From assembly GCA_036172245.1 (NCBI GenBank), contig JAYWIR010000098.1, positions 124,001 through 188,000 of the forward strand: DNA of 64,000 nt, in the 5' to 3' direction. Below, one piece after another: positions 10,839 to 22,010 of the stretch. The position numbers and the translations under genes are program-made. A model generated the notes under the pieces. It ran no database searches, was not told the origin of the DNA, and saw only the letters and a list, made by a program, of their open reading frames with translations. Position 1 is the stretch's first letter. Every line of letters starts with the position of its first letter. This DNA comes from Raillietiella orientalis. Lineage: Eukaryota.

Positions 10839-12709
10839 ATGGCAGCGTCGCCAGAGGACACCGCGATGGAAGTAGGCGTGGAAGATGCTTGTTCGCCCCC
10901 ACAGCCTACTGGATCAGGGGCATCCGCCCCGGAATCGTCCCCGGCGACGCCGAGGTCATGGAGCGCCATGGTGGCAGCGCCTAGCGTTGAAGCCATGGCC
11001 GAGATGGAAGCCTACAAGAAAGCGGGGTATAAACCCTCGCTAGTCTACAAGGTAGGGAACCTTTTCGATGGACGAACTGCACGCGCCCTTACGAATGCGC
11101 TGCAGAACGCCAATATCTTCGAAAAAGATCTTGACGGCCTCTGCGTCCTCAGCGGCGGGCAGCGGGTCGAGGTGGTATGCAAGGATATCACCTTGGCCCG
11201 ACGCCTGATCACCAACCCGCTGATCGTTGATGGTCGCAAGATCTTGCCGGGGACGATGGACCGCTCTGTGGTGGTCCATCTCACTGGGATCTCCAGTCGC
11301 ATGACTAGGTCAGCGGTTCGAGAACAGTTACAAAAGCAGGGAGAAGTGCACGCGTTGTGGCCGAAGTCCACGATTTTCCGAAGCTACAATAGCCTTTTCG
11401 GAGGTCAAGCTGCGGCGCGTATCACACTAAAAGAGGGTGGTGTAATTCCCCAGAAGCTGGAGGTCTGCCAAGAAGCGGTGGACCTCTGGTACGTGGGGAA
11501 ACGTCAATTTTGTGGCTACTGCAATGCAGTAGGGCATCTACGAAAAAGGTGCCCGAACATTGTGTGCCACCTATGCGGCGAAAAGGGTCACGTTCGGCGC
11601 GTGTGCCCCAAGCGCCCCACCCCGGTGCCCCCTGCCGCCAAAAAGGCGCAGGGAAAACGTGGGAAGCTGGTAGAAAGACCAGCTCGCGAAAATGGCCGTT
11701 CCCAACTGCCAGCCTCCCTTCCTCCCGTACAGACGTCGGAGGAAAGAGCTCCCGTGAACGCGAAAATGGAGGAGGGTTGGCAGCTGGTTCAGGCCAGAAA
11801 AGAGAAAAAAAAGAAAGTGATGCCAGAAGAAAAGTCGGAGAAGAACACTGCCGGCAACAAGAAAAAAGCCGCGCCACTTTCAAAAAAAAAACAACTCCGC
11901 GAATGCTCGGTGGCACTGGAACGCTTAGCCGTTCCTGCCGAGTCCGCCCGCGCCAATGTTCGCGGAACAGCTGATGCGGACGCTATGAATACTCGCGTGG
12001 ACCAGCCCATTCTACGTTTAGAGGGTGAGACGCGAGACTCGCGCGCTGACAGCCAGGACGCCGCGCTCGATAATGTCGCGGAGGAGCCCGCGGCAACGTT
12101 CGCCGTCAGCGATGACGCCGCGCTCGATAAGGTCGCGGAGCAGCCCGCGGCAACGGTCGCCGCTGGCGAAGACGCGGCCTTCGAGAAAGCGGCGGAGGAG
12201 CTCGCAGCAACGCTCGCCGAGCGCGAAACCCCGTCGCGCAAGGGCGTACGCAGGTCGGCACCGACGAAGAAGGCCCCCGCAGGTGAGTGCGACCTGCGGG
12301 CCGGAAGCGGATCCTCCTCCTCGGAGGCACCTTCCAGGAAGGCGGGACGCAAGTCCCAGAAACCCAGGAGGCGTCTCCCCTCCACCAGCGAGGAGGAGAA
12401 AGAAGCGGCAGCGTGGGAATCCCGGAGGGGGAATACCCACGCCCGGAAGCCGTCGAGTCGACCACCCCCATGGAGGAGGGTGAGCAGGGGGGTGAAGTCC
12501 TCCCTGCACTCGCGAAACCTGAGCAGCCCGAATCCATGGAGGAGGGCGAACAGGTAGGCGCGACTTCACCTGCGGGTGATCCGGTCGACCCGCCGGCACC
12601 GATGGAGGAGGAGGAACAGGTGCCTTCAGTACCTGTATCCCCTCCCCCTCCACCTAGCGTCCCGCCCCAGCAGGTGGCGGACGCCGCATCGCCGTTTTCC
12701 CAGGACTAA
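10839..12709 (+). pseudogene. Element B ORF1 (2 CCHC knuckles, long disordered C-terminus), one apparent frameshift near 12,400
   Basis: ORF 10815-12557 (CGYCNAVGHLRKRC, CHLCGEKGHVRRVC) continues in ORF 12287-12709. Confidence 0.9.
12057..12218 (+). repeat. 57-bp (19-aa) tandem repeat x~3 in B ORF1 (DAALDKVAEEPAAT..)
   Basis: GACGCCGCGCTCGATAA.. units; the same repeat is in B' at ~33,634-33,795. Confidence 0.85.
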
Positions 12710-13747
12710 CACCTGGGCTCGCCAGTCGCCGTGGGATTCGCGCGGCCATTTGCAACGTCAACGGGCTGCGCGACAACGGCAACAGGCGAGATACGGCCGA
12801 CACCCTGCGTGAGCTCGACCTGGCGCTGCTGCAGGAGATCCACGTGATCACCGCGGCAGACGCCCAGGAAATCGAGACGATCGCGGGAGGTCGGTTGTAT
12901 TGGCGATGCGGCCTCCGCAACACCTGCGGGGTCGCGTTCTTCATGAAGCCGGTCATCGACGCTGCCGTAAAGGGCGTGCGGTTTGATGACGACGGTCGGA
13001 TCGGTCAGCTGATTCTCAGCTGGTCCGACTCGATCGACCTAATCGTCACAAACGTGTATGGCCTCAGCGGCAAACAGGGGTACCGCGACCGCACCAGGCT
13101 GCTGGAAACCCTGAAGCGCGACTGGCTGGCGGATACCAATGTGCGAAAGGCTCACCTGATAGCGGGAGATTTCAATCTCCGCCTGCTAACAGGTGAGCCG
13201 GAAACACAAGTGAACGCGATGAACGAGTTGTGCGCCGCCATGCGCGCGCGCAACTTGTTCACGGGTGAGAGGGGAATGGTCCACAGCATCGACCACGTCT
13301 TCCTCGACGCTGTCCTGTGTTCACGCGTCGGCAAACGGGGGAGGGTTGTGTCGACGTTGTCGGACCATTCCCGGCTAATTTTCGAGATGCGTCCTCGCGA
13401 CAAAGGACCGCCATCCAGGGATTGGCGTCTGCCGGGGGACTGGACGCTAATCTCAGGTGCGAGTGAACACCTTCGCGAATACCTGAGAGGCGTCACGCTC
13501 CGGAATCTCCATTGAAACCTGGTTGCGCCGGGACGTTTATTCTCACGAATAAACCTATACAATCTGTGACTGGACCAGTAGTCCAGCCACGCCCTGGAAA
13601 GATATAGCTTACCGGGCTACTGGTGCGCAGACCGGCGCGGTCGACCTCGGCAGCAGAGGGGAGGGGGAACGAAACAAAAAGAAAACAAAAAATAAACAAA
13701 AATCAGGGAGGGAGCGGGAAGGGATCACAGTCTGCTGGGAGGGTCCG

Positions 13748-16700
13748 TCATCCTCTGGAGGATGCCAGCAAGCTGTTTCTGCTTGTGTGGTTCCAGATGG
13801 GGCCATCGCGTCGACATCCTGTAGAAACGGGCAACATACACGTTGGCATCCCTGTCGCTGGATCCTCCCGTCGCTTTGCTTCATGCCACGACGATCTCGC
13901 GTAGGCAGCCCAGGGCTGCAAGCGAGGCCGCTGGAGGCAGGGCGTCACGGACGAAGTGGGGGCGCAAAGCGTCTCTGGAGTTGCCTCCGGGGATCCCCAG
14001 CGCTGCGGCACAGCGTTCCCACAAGGGACGGAGGGCAACACAATCCACTAACAGGTGGGGGAGGTATTCCCTCTCCCCGCACCTGACACAATTAGGGTTG
14101 ACACCCCCCCGCGTCCAGTGGTGTCGGCGGGCGTTGCAAGGAAGCCCCCAATGCAACACCATCAGTGCCGACTGTTGCCACTTCATGGGGAGGGTGCGCG
14201 AGTCTATGAGCACCGGGGGCCACTCGAGATGTTCCTCTGGAACATCTAGTAGCTCTCCCCAGCGCAACAGTATATTTGGGGTGGTCCTCGGGGTCGCAGC
14301 GTTGGTGAGCTGACCCGTTCTCCAATCCCCGATCTTCTTTGCCCTGCTGGCGATCTTGACAGTAACCTCCCATTGTGGCGCGACGTCGCTGCCCAGATGT
14401 TCCCGTAGGGTAGGCAGTACCGCAGCAAGGGAGGTTCTTTGTGCCCACGCTCTCCTTCGGAAATTCTCGATGATTTCTCGTAGCGTGCGGCGGGCATGCG
14501 GCCCGAACAGAGCTATTCGCTCATGTTGCGGGCTCTGCTTCTGAATCATCGCCCACGTGCGGACGGTTTCCTGCAACCAGGCAGGACCGTTCGCGGGGCG
14601 TACGAGGATCCGCGCCGAGTTGTTCTTCACGAGCTTGGCCGCCCTCCGAAGTTGAAGTCCACAGTGGCAGATGGGGCTTCGGAGTGCAAAGTAGGACGAG
14701 AGTCCCTCATTGCCGGTGGTCCGCTCGACGAGGAGACGTGCAGGGAGGCACCAAGGGGTGCACCAATTTTCTGCCATAAAGGCAACAACTCGGAACTGGA
14801 GCTGTAGCTCCAGCCGCTCCAACGTCAGGAGGCCCAGACCACCATCCCGACGAGGAGCGCACAAGTCCGAAAGACGGACTCGGGGCCTCCCTCTGCCCCA
14901 AAGGGCGATCCTCAGGAGGTCCTTCGTTCTCTTCTTTGACTCCGCTAAGGGGGGGCAAACAAAAAGCAAGGGGCGAAGGAGATAGGCCGCAAACGCGTTC
15001 CACGCCGCAACCCGTTCATGCAGGAAGAACCTGCCGTCCTGGAACGGGCCGATCGTCTCCTGAGCCTTCTGAAGGCAGCCGGACCACGCTTCCGCAGGGG
15101 AGTAATCCCCCAACGGCACACCAAGGTACTTGAAGTACCTCACCGTGGGGATCCCCAAACGGACCCAGTCCTGCTGCCCTGCCCACGCCGCTCCGACTGG
15201 CATTACGGACGACTTCGCCCTGTTCACCGTCATTCCTGTTCCCCGACTCAGCAGGTCGAAGAACTCCTCGACCGCCGCAACCGGGGTGGACATAGGCAGC
15301 AGCAGCAGAAGGTCGTCCGCGTACGCCGAAACCGCAGGCGTACCGGGACAATCGCACGGCAGGTGCGCAAGAGTCTTCCTGTACGCTCTCAGCACCAATT
15401 CGAAATAGGCGCTAAAGAGCAGGGGGCTCAGGCTGTCTCCCTGCCGTATGCCGCGTCGCACCGGTACTCCGTGCACGGTTTGCCCGCTGAAAAGAACATT
15501 AATGAGCGCGTCGCGCCAGCTGAAGCGCAGGTAGGCCAACAAAGAGGCCGGGAAGCCCAAGCGTTCCAGAAGCTCCAGCAGGAGATTCTGGTCGACGCTG
15601 TCGAATGCTTTACGCAAGTCGACAGCGACCGCAAGGGCTCCCTTCCCCACCCGACCGTTCCGTCTCTTGCCAACGGACGCACCGGAATTCCGGCTGCTCA
15701 ATAAGCCCCTTCCTTGTTGGAGCTCTAACCATGTGGAAGTGTGGAACAGGTTCGCCTCCATGCTCCGCCCGGGAACAGCATAAGTCTGTTCCGGGCTGAT
15801 GAAGATGTTGGCAACCCGTCCCAGACGCTCTGCCCACATCTTGGCTATCAACTTGGCGTCCGCATTCACTATTGTGATGAAACGCCAGTTGTTCATGCTC
15901 CTTAGGTCTCCTCCCTTCGGGAGGAGCCGAACCTTTGCTGAACGAAACGAGGTGGGAACGTCACCTGTTACACGGATCAGCAAGGTGAGCTGATGTACCA
16001 GGGGAGTAAGCTGAGCCGCGAAAGTTTGGTAAAACTCCGCGGGCAGGCCGTCCTCCCCTGGAGCCTTCCGCCTCTTGAGCTTTCCGATGGCCGAGAGGAT
16101 CTCGTCCATCGTGAAAGGCTCGTCGAGGCTTCTTTTCTCCTCCGCCCCGATCGCTGGAGCACCTTCCGGAAGCAGAAGTCGTGAGACGTCCCGCTCCGGA
16201 GGCGCCCTGGCGTACAGGAAGGAGTAAAATTTTCTGACTATCCCGCGTTTCTGAGCGGGAACCGAGTGCTCCCGGCCCTGATCGTCCAGCAAGCTGGCCG
16301 ACCCGGATTGCCAGGCTTGCCTCTCGGCTCCCGCTCGATACTCTGCTAACCTGCGCATGTCGGGGGTTCTCGCGTAACGTCGGGCCTGAAGATAGCACCT
16401 TTCGTTACGCGGCCCCTCCCCAAATACCGCAAGTAGGCGATGCAGGGGGAACTGATCGCAGAACTCCTGGACCGACCGCTTGAAGCGGTCCCAGTCCTGA
16501 AGTGTCTGCATCCTGAAGCTCCGAATAAACGCGCGGAGGTGCTCCGCCGCGTCGGGAATTTCAGCCAGTCCCCTGGCAGACGCCACGCTGACGAGGGGGA
16601 GCCCTTGTCGCGCGGACGCACTTCGAACATGATCCGACCATGGTCCGACAGCTCGGATGGTACCTTGCCGCGCCTGCCCACCCGAGAGCATAGGTGCTGA

Positions 16701-17305
16701 TCAAGGTACACGTGATCGATGCTGCTTTTCATGGCCGTGTCCCCGGCCAACAAGTTGCGCGTGTTCATTTCTGCGCACAACTCGTTGACGCGGTCGTTCA
16801 GTGTATCCGGCGCACCTGAAAGCAGGCGCAGGTTGAAATCACCTGCGATCAGGTGCGCTTTGCGAACTTCTGCATCGGTCAGCCAATCGCGTCTCAGGGC
16901 AAGGTAGAATTTCCTTCTTGCCTTCGCCCTCAACGCGTTGTTTCCGCTAGGAGCGTATAGGTTGGTGACGACCAGGTCGATGGAGTCGGACCAGCTGAGA
17001 GTCAGCTGACCGACGCGACCTGCGTCATCGAACCGAACGTCCTTTATTGCGGTTTCAATGGCTGGCCGGAGCAGGAAGGCGACACCGCTTGATTTCGCGG
17101 TGCCGCAACGCCACAACAGCCGCCCACCCGAGATCCGTTCGATCTCCCGGGCTTGATCTGCGGAGATTACGTGGATCTCCTTCAGCATCACCAGGTCGAA
17201 GGATGCCAGGGTGGCGGCCACGTCACGCCTCTTGCCGTCGTCGCTTAGCCCGTTCACGTTCCAACAGGCGATCAGAAGACGACGGCGAGAGGCGATTCCC
17301 GGCAT
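13748..17305 (-). pseudogene. Element C ORF2; longest intact stretch in the window (936-codon ORF), frameshifts near 16,560 and near the C-terminus
   Basis: ORFs 16346-17305 (WNVNG, GDFN, SDH) and 13881-16691 (KAPGEDG, DLRKAFD, QGDSLSP, YADD, CVRCG..H..C). Confidence 0.93.
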
Positions 17306-18911
17306 TATGGCTGGGAAAGTGGCGTCGCGACACCTGCCGCGGGGCAGGTGTAGGAAAGGTTTATCGGTACGAGGACGGAGGCCTCTTCAGGCGCCTGGGG
17401 TACCTGTTCGGCCTCCATCCTCACCATCCCTCCCGTGTCCGAGCGTGGAATTATCTCGGGCGACGGGTCTTGGGAGTTTCCCACGCTCATGGCACCCTCG
17501 CTACCGGAAGCCATCTCTTCCCCTTCGTCGGGGGAGACGATCTTCCGGGGCATTGTGGACTTTCGTCCTGCCTTTTGGCGGGGTGCCGCGGAGATGGATG
17601 CTGTGTTTCCGGCCTTCACCTCGGGGTCGGAAGTGGCCGACTCCTGAGGGGAAGCCACACGCCTGACGGCCTTCTTGCCAGCCTTGGCGGCAACCGGCTG
17701 CAGCGAGGCAGCCAGCTCCTCCGCGGCGCGCTCGAAGGCGACGTCATCGAGCGTGGGCTCGATGACGGACGCCGCCGCCTCGCTCCCCTCCTTGTTGACT
17801 TTGTCAACAGAGGGTTGAGCAGGGGCAGCAGCGAGTTCTTTAGCGCCGCATCGGTCGATGGCGGGAATCCGCTCTACAACGACGCAGCAGCTTTTAATTT
17901 TTTCGAGGCGCAGAGCGGTTTCGCTTCGTTTCGCCACGTTCTTCCCCTTCTTATGGGAGTTTTTCTTGGGGTCGACCTTCTTCCACCCTGGCTCTTGACC
18001 CTCGCCCTCGACCTTTTCGGCGTTTTTCGCCGAAGTCTCGGGGCTGGCCTTCGTCTTGGTGGCGGAGGTGAACTCCTTAGCAGCAGCACGAGATGCCAGC
18101 TTCTTCCTTTTTTAGCCGCGCGCTTTCTCGCGTTTTTCGCGGACACGACGCGGACTGTGTTTTGGGGGCACACCAGACGGGTGTGCCCCGCTTGTTTGCA
18201 TTGCTGGCACTGCACGCTCGGACACCTCATTTTAAGGTGACCAAAGCTGCTGCAGCAGCCGCAAAACTTGGGTTTTCCCACGTACCACACGTCAACGGAT
18301 TCACCGTTGACGGTGAGTTTGTGGGGAAACTCACATCCCTCGCGAACCGTCACTCGCGCTGCACCCAGGCCGCCAAGCACCCCGTCGTAATCGACAAAAG
18401 GAGTAGGCTTTCCCCACAGCGCGTGGACAGTTGCAAACTTTTCTAATCCGTTCCGGACGGCCTCCTTCGTCATCCGGAACGTGATACCGGTCAGGTGAAT
18501 GATCACCGACCAATCTTCAGTAATGGGGAGAAGCCTTCGGCTGCCCATAATTACGGGGGATCGCAGAAGTCTCTGCGCAAGAGTTGCCTCCTTGCAGATA
18601 ACTTATACAAATTGACCCCCGCTTCTGACGGACATAGCCAGAAGCTCCTCTTTTTGTACACCGAGAACGCGCTTCGCCTGCGAAAAGGCGCGCGCGTTCT
18701 CGGGAGAATATAAACCGCCTACCTTATATAGAAGGGGTGGGTTATACCCCTCCTCCAGGTAAGCGCGCATTTCCGCCATAGCCGCTGGCGTAGGTGCCGC
18801 AGCCACGGCGTTCCAAGCCCTGGGTAGGGCCGGGGGCGCATCCGTGCTGGCGGGAGCCTCCACTGATGCGGGAGCCCTCATCTCCATCTCCTCGGTGGTG
18901 GAATCAGGCAT
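17305..18911 (-). pseudogene. Element C ORF1, disrupted
   Basis: ORFs 18603-18911, 17874-18548 (CGCCSSFGHLKMRC, CQQCKQAGHTRLVC), 17305-17937. Confidence 0.9.
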
Positions 18912-21900
18912 TGCTGCCTAATCCTCCACCCACACCACGCACAAGCACCAACGGAAATGAAACTCAGGTGCAACGAAAAGACACGTCCGCTCGACGCTCC
19001 GGAATCTCCAGGACTGGGACCTTTTCAAGGAATCGGTCCGGGAGTTCTGCGAGCAGTTCCCTCTGCACCGCCTGCCCTCCGGATTCGGCAAGGGTCCTCG
19101 CAACCATCGGGCTTATTTACAGGCCCGTAGGTACGAGCGAACCCCTAATGTCCGTCGCCTGGCCGAGTACCGCGCCGGGGCCGAACGCCAAGCCTGGCAA
19201 TCCGGGTCCGCCAGCTTGCTGGACGACCAGGGCCGGGAATGTTCGTCCCCGGCGTCGGTACGGCATCTCGTGCGGAGTTATTATTCCTCCTTTTACGCCA
19301 GGGCGCCCCCGGATCAAGATGCCTCTCGGCTCTTGCTTCCGGATGGTGCTGCAGCAATAGGGGAGGAGGAGTCGTTAAGCCTCGATGAGCCTTTTACCAC
19401 CGGCGAAATTCTCGCCGGTATCAAAAGGCTCAAGAGGCGGAAAGCTCCAGGGGAAGACGGCTTGCCCGCGGAGTTCTATCAGAGCTCCGCGGAAGAGCTG
19501 GCACCCCTGCTGCTTCAGCTGACAAGGCTGATCCGAGACGAAGGCGATGTTCCCGCCTCGTTTCGGTCAGCCAGAGTGAGGCTCCTTCCGAAAGGAGGAG
19601 ACCTTAGAAATTTGAACAACTGTCGTCCGATCACGATTGTGAATACGGACGCCAAGTTGGTTGCCGGGCTATGGGCTTCGCGTATGGGGCAGGTGGCAGA
19701 ATCCATAATCAGCCCGGAGCAGACATATGCTGTTCCCGGGCGAAGTATGGATGCCAACCTCTTCTTCGCAAGCACATGGGTGCACCTGTAGAGAAGAGAA
19801 AAGAAAGGGATAGGGAAAGTCGGCAACCCCACATTCGGGCCGCCACCCGGGCTAGGAAGGGAACCCCGGGCGGGAAAGGGGGCCCTTGGGCTCGCAGTCG
19901 ATCTTCACAAGGCGTTCGACTGTGTAGACCAGGAACTCCTCTTGGAGCTCCTGGGTCGCATGGGCTTCCCACCCTCCCTGATTTCCTACCTGCGCTCTTG
20001 CTGGCGGTATGCGATGATTACCGTCTCTTTTAGTGGTCAAAAGGTTTATGGCGTGCCGGTGCGGCGGGGCATAAGGCAGGGGGATAGCCTCAGCCCCCTG
20101 CTCTTCAGCACCTACTTTGAGTTGGTGCTGAGAGCGTACAGGGTGACTTTGATCCCCTTGCCGTGCTGGTACCCCGGCACGCCCGCCGTAGCAGCGTACG
20201 ACGACGATCTTCTGCTCTTGTTGCCAATGTCCACCCCGTCAAAGGCGGTCGCAGACTTCTTCGATCTGCTCAGCCGCGAGACCGGACTGCAGGTTAACAG
20301 GGCGAAGACGTCGGTTGTGCCAATAGGTGCGGCGTGGGCGGAGCAGCAGGGCTGGGTTCGTCTGGGGATCTCCACGGCGAGGTGCTTCAAGTACCTTGGT
20401 GTGCCGTTGGGGGACTACTCCCCTGCGGAAGCGTGGTCCAGCTGCCTCCAAAAAGTCGAGACGGCGATCGGCCCGTTCCTGGAAGGCAAGTTTCACTTGC
20501 CGGAACGGGCCGCTTTTTGGAACGCCTTCGCGGCCCCCATCCTTCGCCCTTTGCTTTTTGTTTGCCCCTCCACTGTGGAATCGAAGAAGAGGACAAAGGA
20601 CCTCCTCCGTATTGCCCTTTGGGGCAAGGGGAGGCCCCGAGTCCCTCTGAAGTACTTGTGCGCTCCGCGTCGAGACGGCGGTCTTGGCCTCCTGACGCTG
20701 GAGCGCGTGGAGAAGCAGCTGCGGTGGCGAACCCTCGCCATCGCAGCGAAGATTTGGAGCACCCCTTGGTGCACTCCGGCCCGCCTCCTTGCCAGGCGTG
20801 TTTCCCGGTGCGATGGACTCGCGTGTTTTCTTCTGAGCCGTGGCCGGAAGATGGAAAGATGCGGCCTACTGCTCGGGCGCATGGCAACATTGACCAAGGT
20901 GAACAGCTGGATGGTTTGCTGCCCCGCCAACACCCCGCCTGGCTGGAGGAGAATATTGGAACGTGGGCAGCGGTTAACCAGTGGAGCCACGAAACCTGGA
21001 ATCGTCTCCGATGCAGCCCCTAAGCCCGCTGCACGCTGCGGAATCTTCTGGATAGTACAGCAAGATGCACGTGGGCAGAGACGACCTGCTTAGCTACGGC
21101 TCTGCCCTTCCACAGGAAGGCACTTCAGAGCAGCCGAACGCCAAGGTGGGAAGTCTCCTGCTGCATCGAGGAACGCGAGAAGTTGATCAGCGGCTGGACA
21201 ACAGGAGAACTGTACGACGCCACTACACCGAGCGTCCAGCCGCGAGGACTAAGAAGATGCGTCGAGCTGCTGGCCATCCCTATGGATGTGCTGAAGTGGC
21301 CCCCGCTTCTTCAGGAATCCAGGATCTTGCCCCTTGAGTGGAAAGAGTCGGCGTTGCTGTTGTTGCATTGGGGTTTGCCCTGCAACGCACGTCGCTCTCA
21401 CTGGACAAGAGGGGTTGTGGATCCTGCGTGTGTCAGGTGCGGAGAGCGGGAATCGCTCTCCCACCTTATTGTGGACTGTGCTGCCCTTCGTCCCCTTTGG
21501 GAACGGTTTGGGTCGATCCTCGGTCTCCCTACGGGCAGTTCCCCTAGAGACATTCTTCCCCTTCTTTTCGTGAAGGACGCCCTGCAGCCAGCCGAAGCCC
21601 TTGCAGCCTTGTGCTGCGTCCTAGGCATTGTGGCGGCATGGAGCGACACCAACAACGAAGGAGTAGGTCAACACGCGAGGGATGTCATCCCATATGCCCA
21701 ACGCTTCTTGCGGAGAGCTGCTGGATGGCCCCAACTGGGGAATATACGGATGAACCTCGAGGGCTTCCTTCAACGGATGGGCCCTCCTGTCAGCGAACAG
21801 TGATCCCTTCCCTGCCCCCCAACCTCATTTGTTTGTTTGCCTCTTGTTTTTATTTTTGTTTTTCCCCATCCCCTTTCGCTGCCGGGGAGTGCCACGCCGG

Positions 21901-22010
21901 GCTGCGTCCCGGCGTCCCGGTAGGTCCCGTGCATAAGGCCGTGAGCGAAGCCTGGTACCGCAATTGTAGAGTTTTTTATAAATAAACGACATGGGCGTAC
22001 CCGGGTGGCA

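Larger units (their letters stand above)
13512..18993 (-). mobile_element. Element C: full-length (~5.5 kb) with 17-bp TSD
   Basis: ACGCTCCGGAATCTCCA at 13495-13511 and 18994-19010; 5' CGAGCGGACGTG; 3' AATAAACGTCCCGGCGCAACCAGG. Confidence 0.95.
12709..21803 (+). pseudogene. Element B ORF2 (APE-RT-CCHC), split by C, with stops and frameshifts
   Basis: ORFs 12844-13515, 19216-19791, 19942-21093 (YDDD variant), 21183-21803 (CVRCGERESLSHLIVDC). Confidence 0.9.
10739..22010 (+). mobile_element. Element B: full-length, interrupted by element C
   Basis: 5' CGCTGTGGAGAGCGGACGTG; ORF1; ORF2 resumes after C at the TSD; 3' AATAAA at 21981 plus ..CCGGGTGGCA. Confidence 0.92.

Noticed and set aside
13881..16691. 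Prokaryotic RT system (retron, DGR, group II intron, CRISPR-RT)
   Set aside because: APE-RT-CCHC ORF2, zinc-knuckle ORF1, AATAAA and TSDs indicate eukaryotic non-LTR elements; no arrays or accessory genes.
17047..18240. Long antisense or alternate-frame ORFs (also 32997-34181, 26336-27136, 15018-15704)
   Set aside because: Expected shadows of GC-rich coding DNA; not conserved between paralogues.
20196..20207. YDDD (B) and YEDD (E) as novel RT active sites
   Set aside because: Point variants in already disrupted copies; B' and the other families have YADD.
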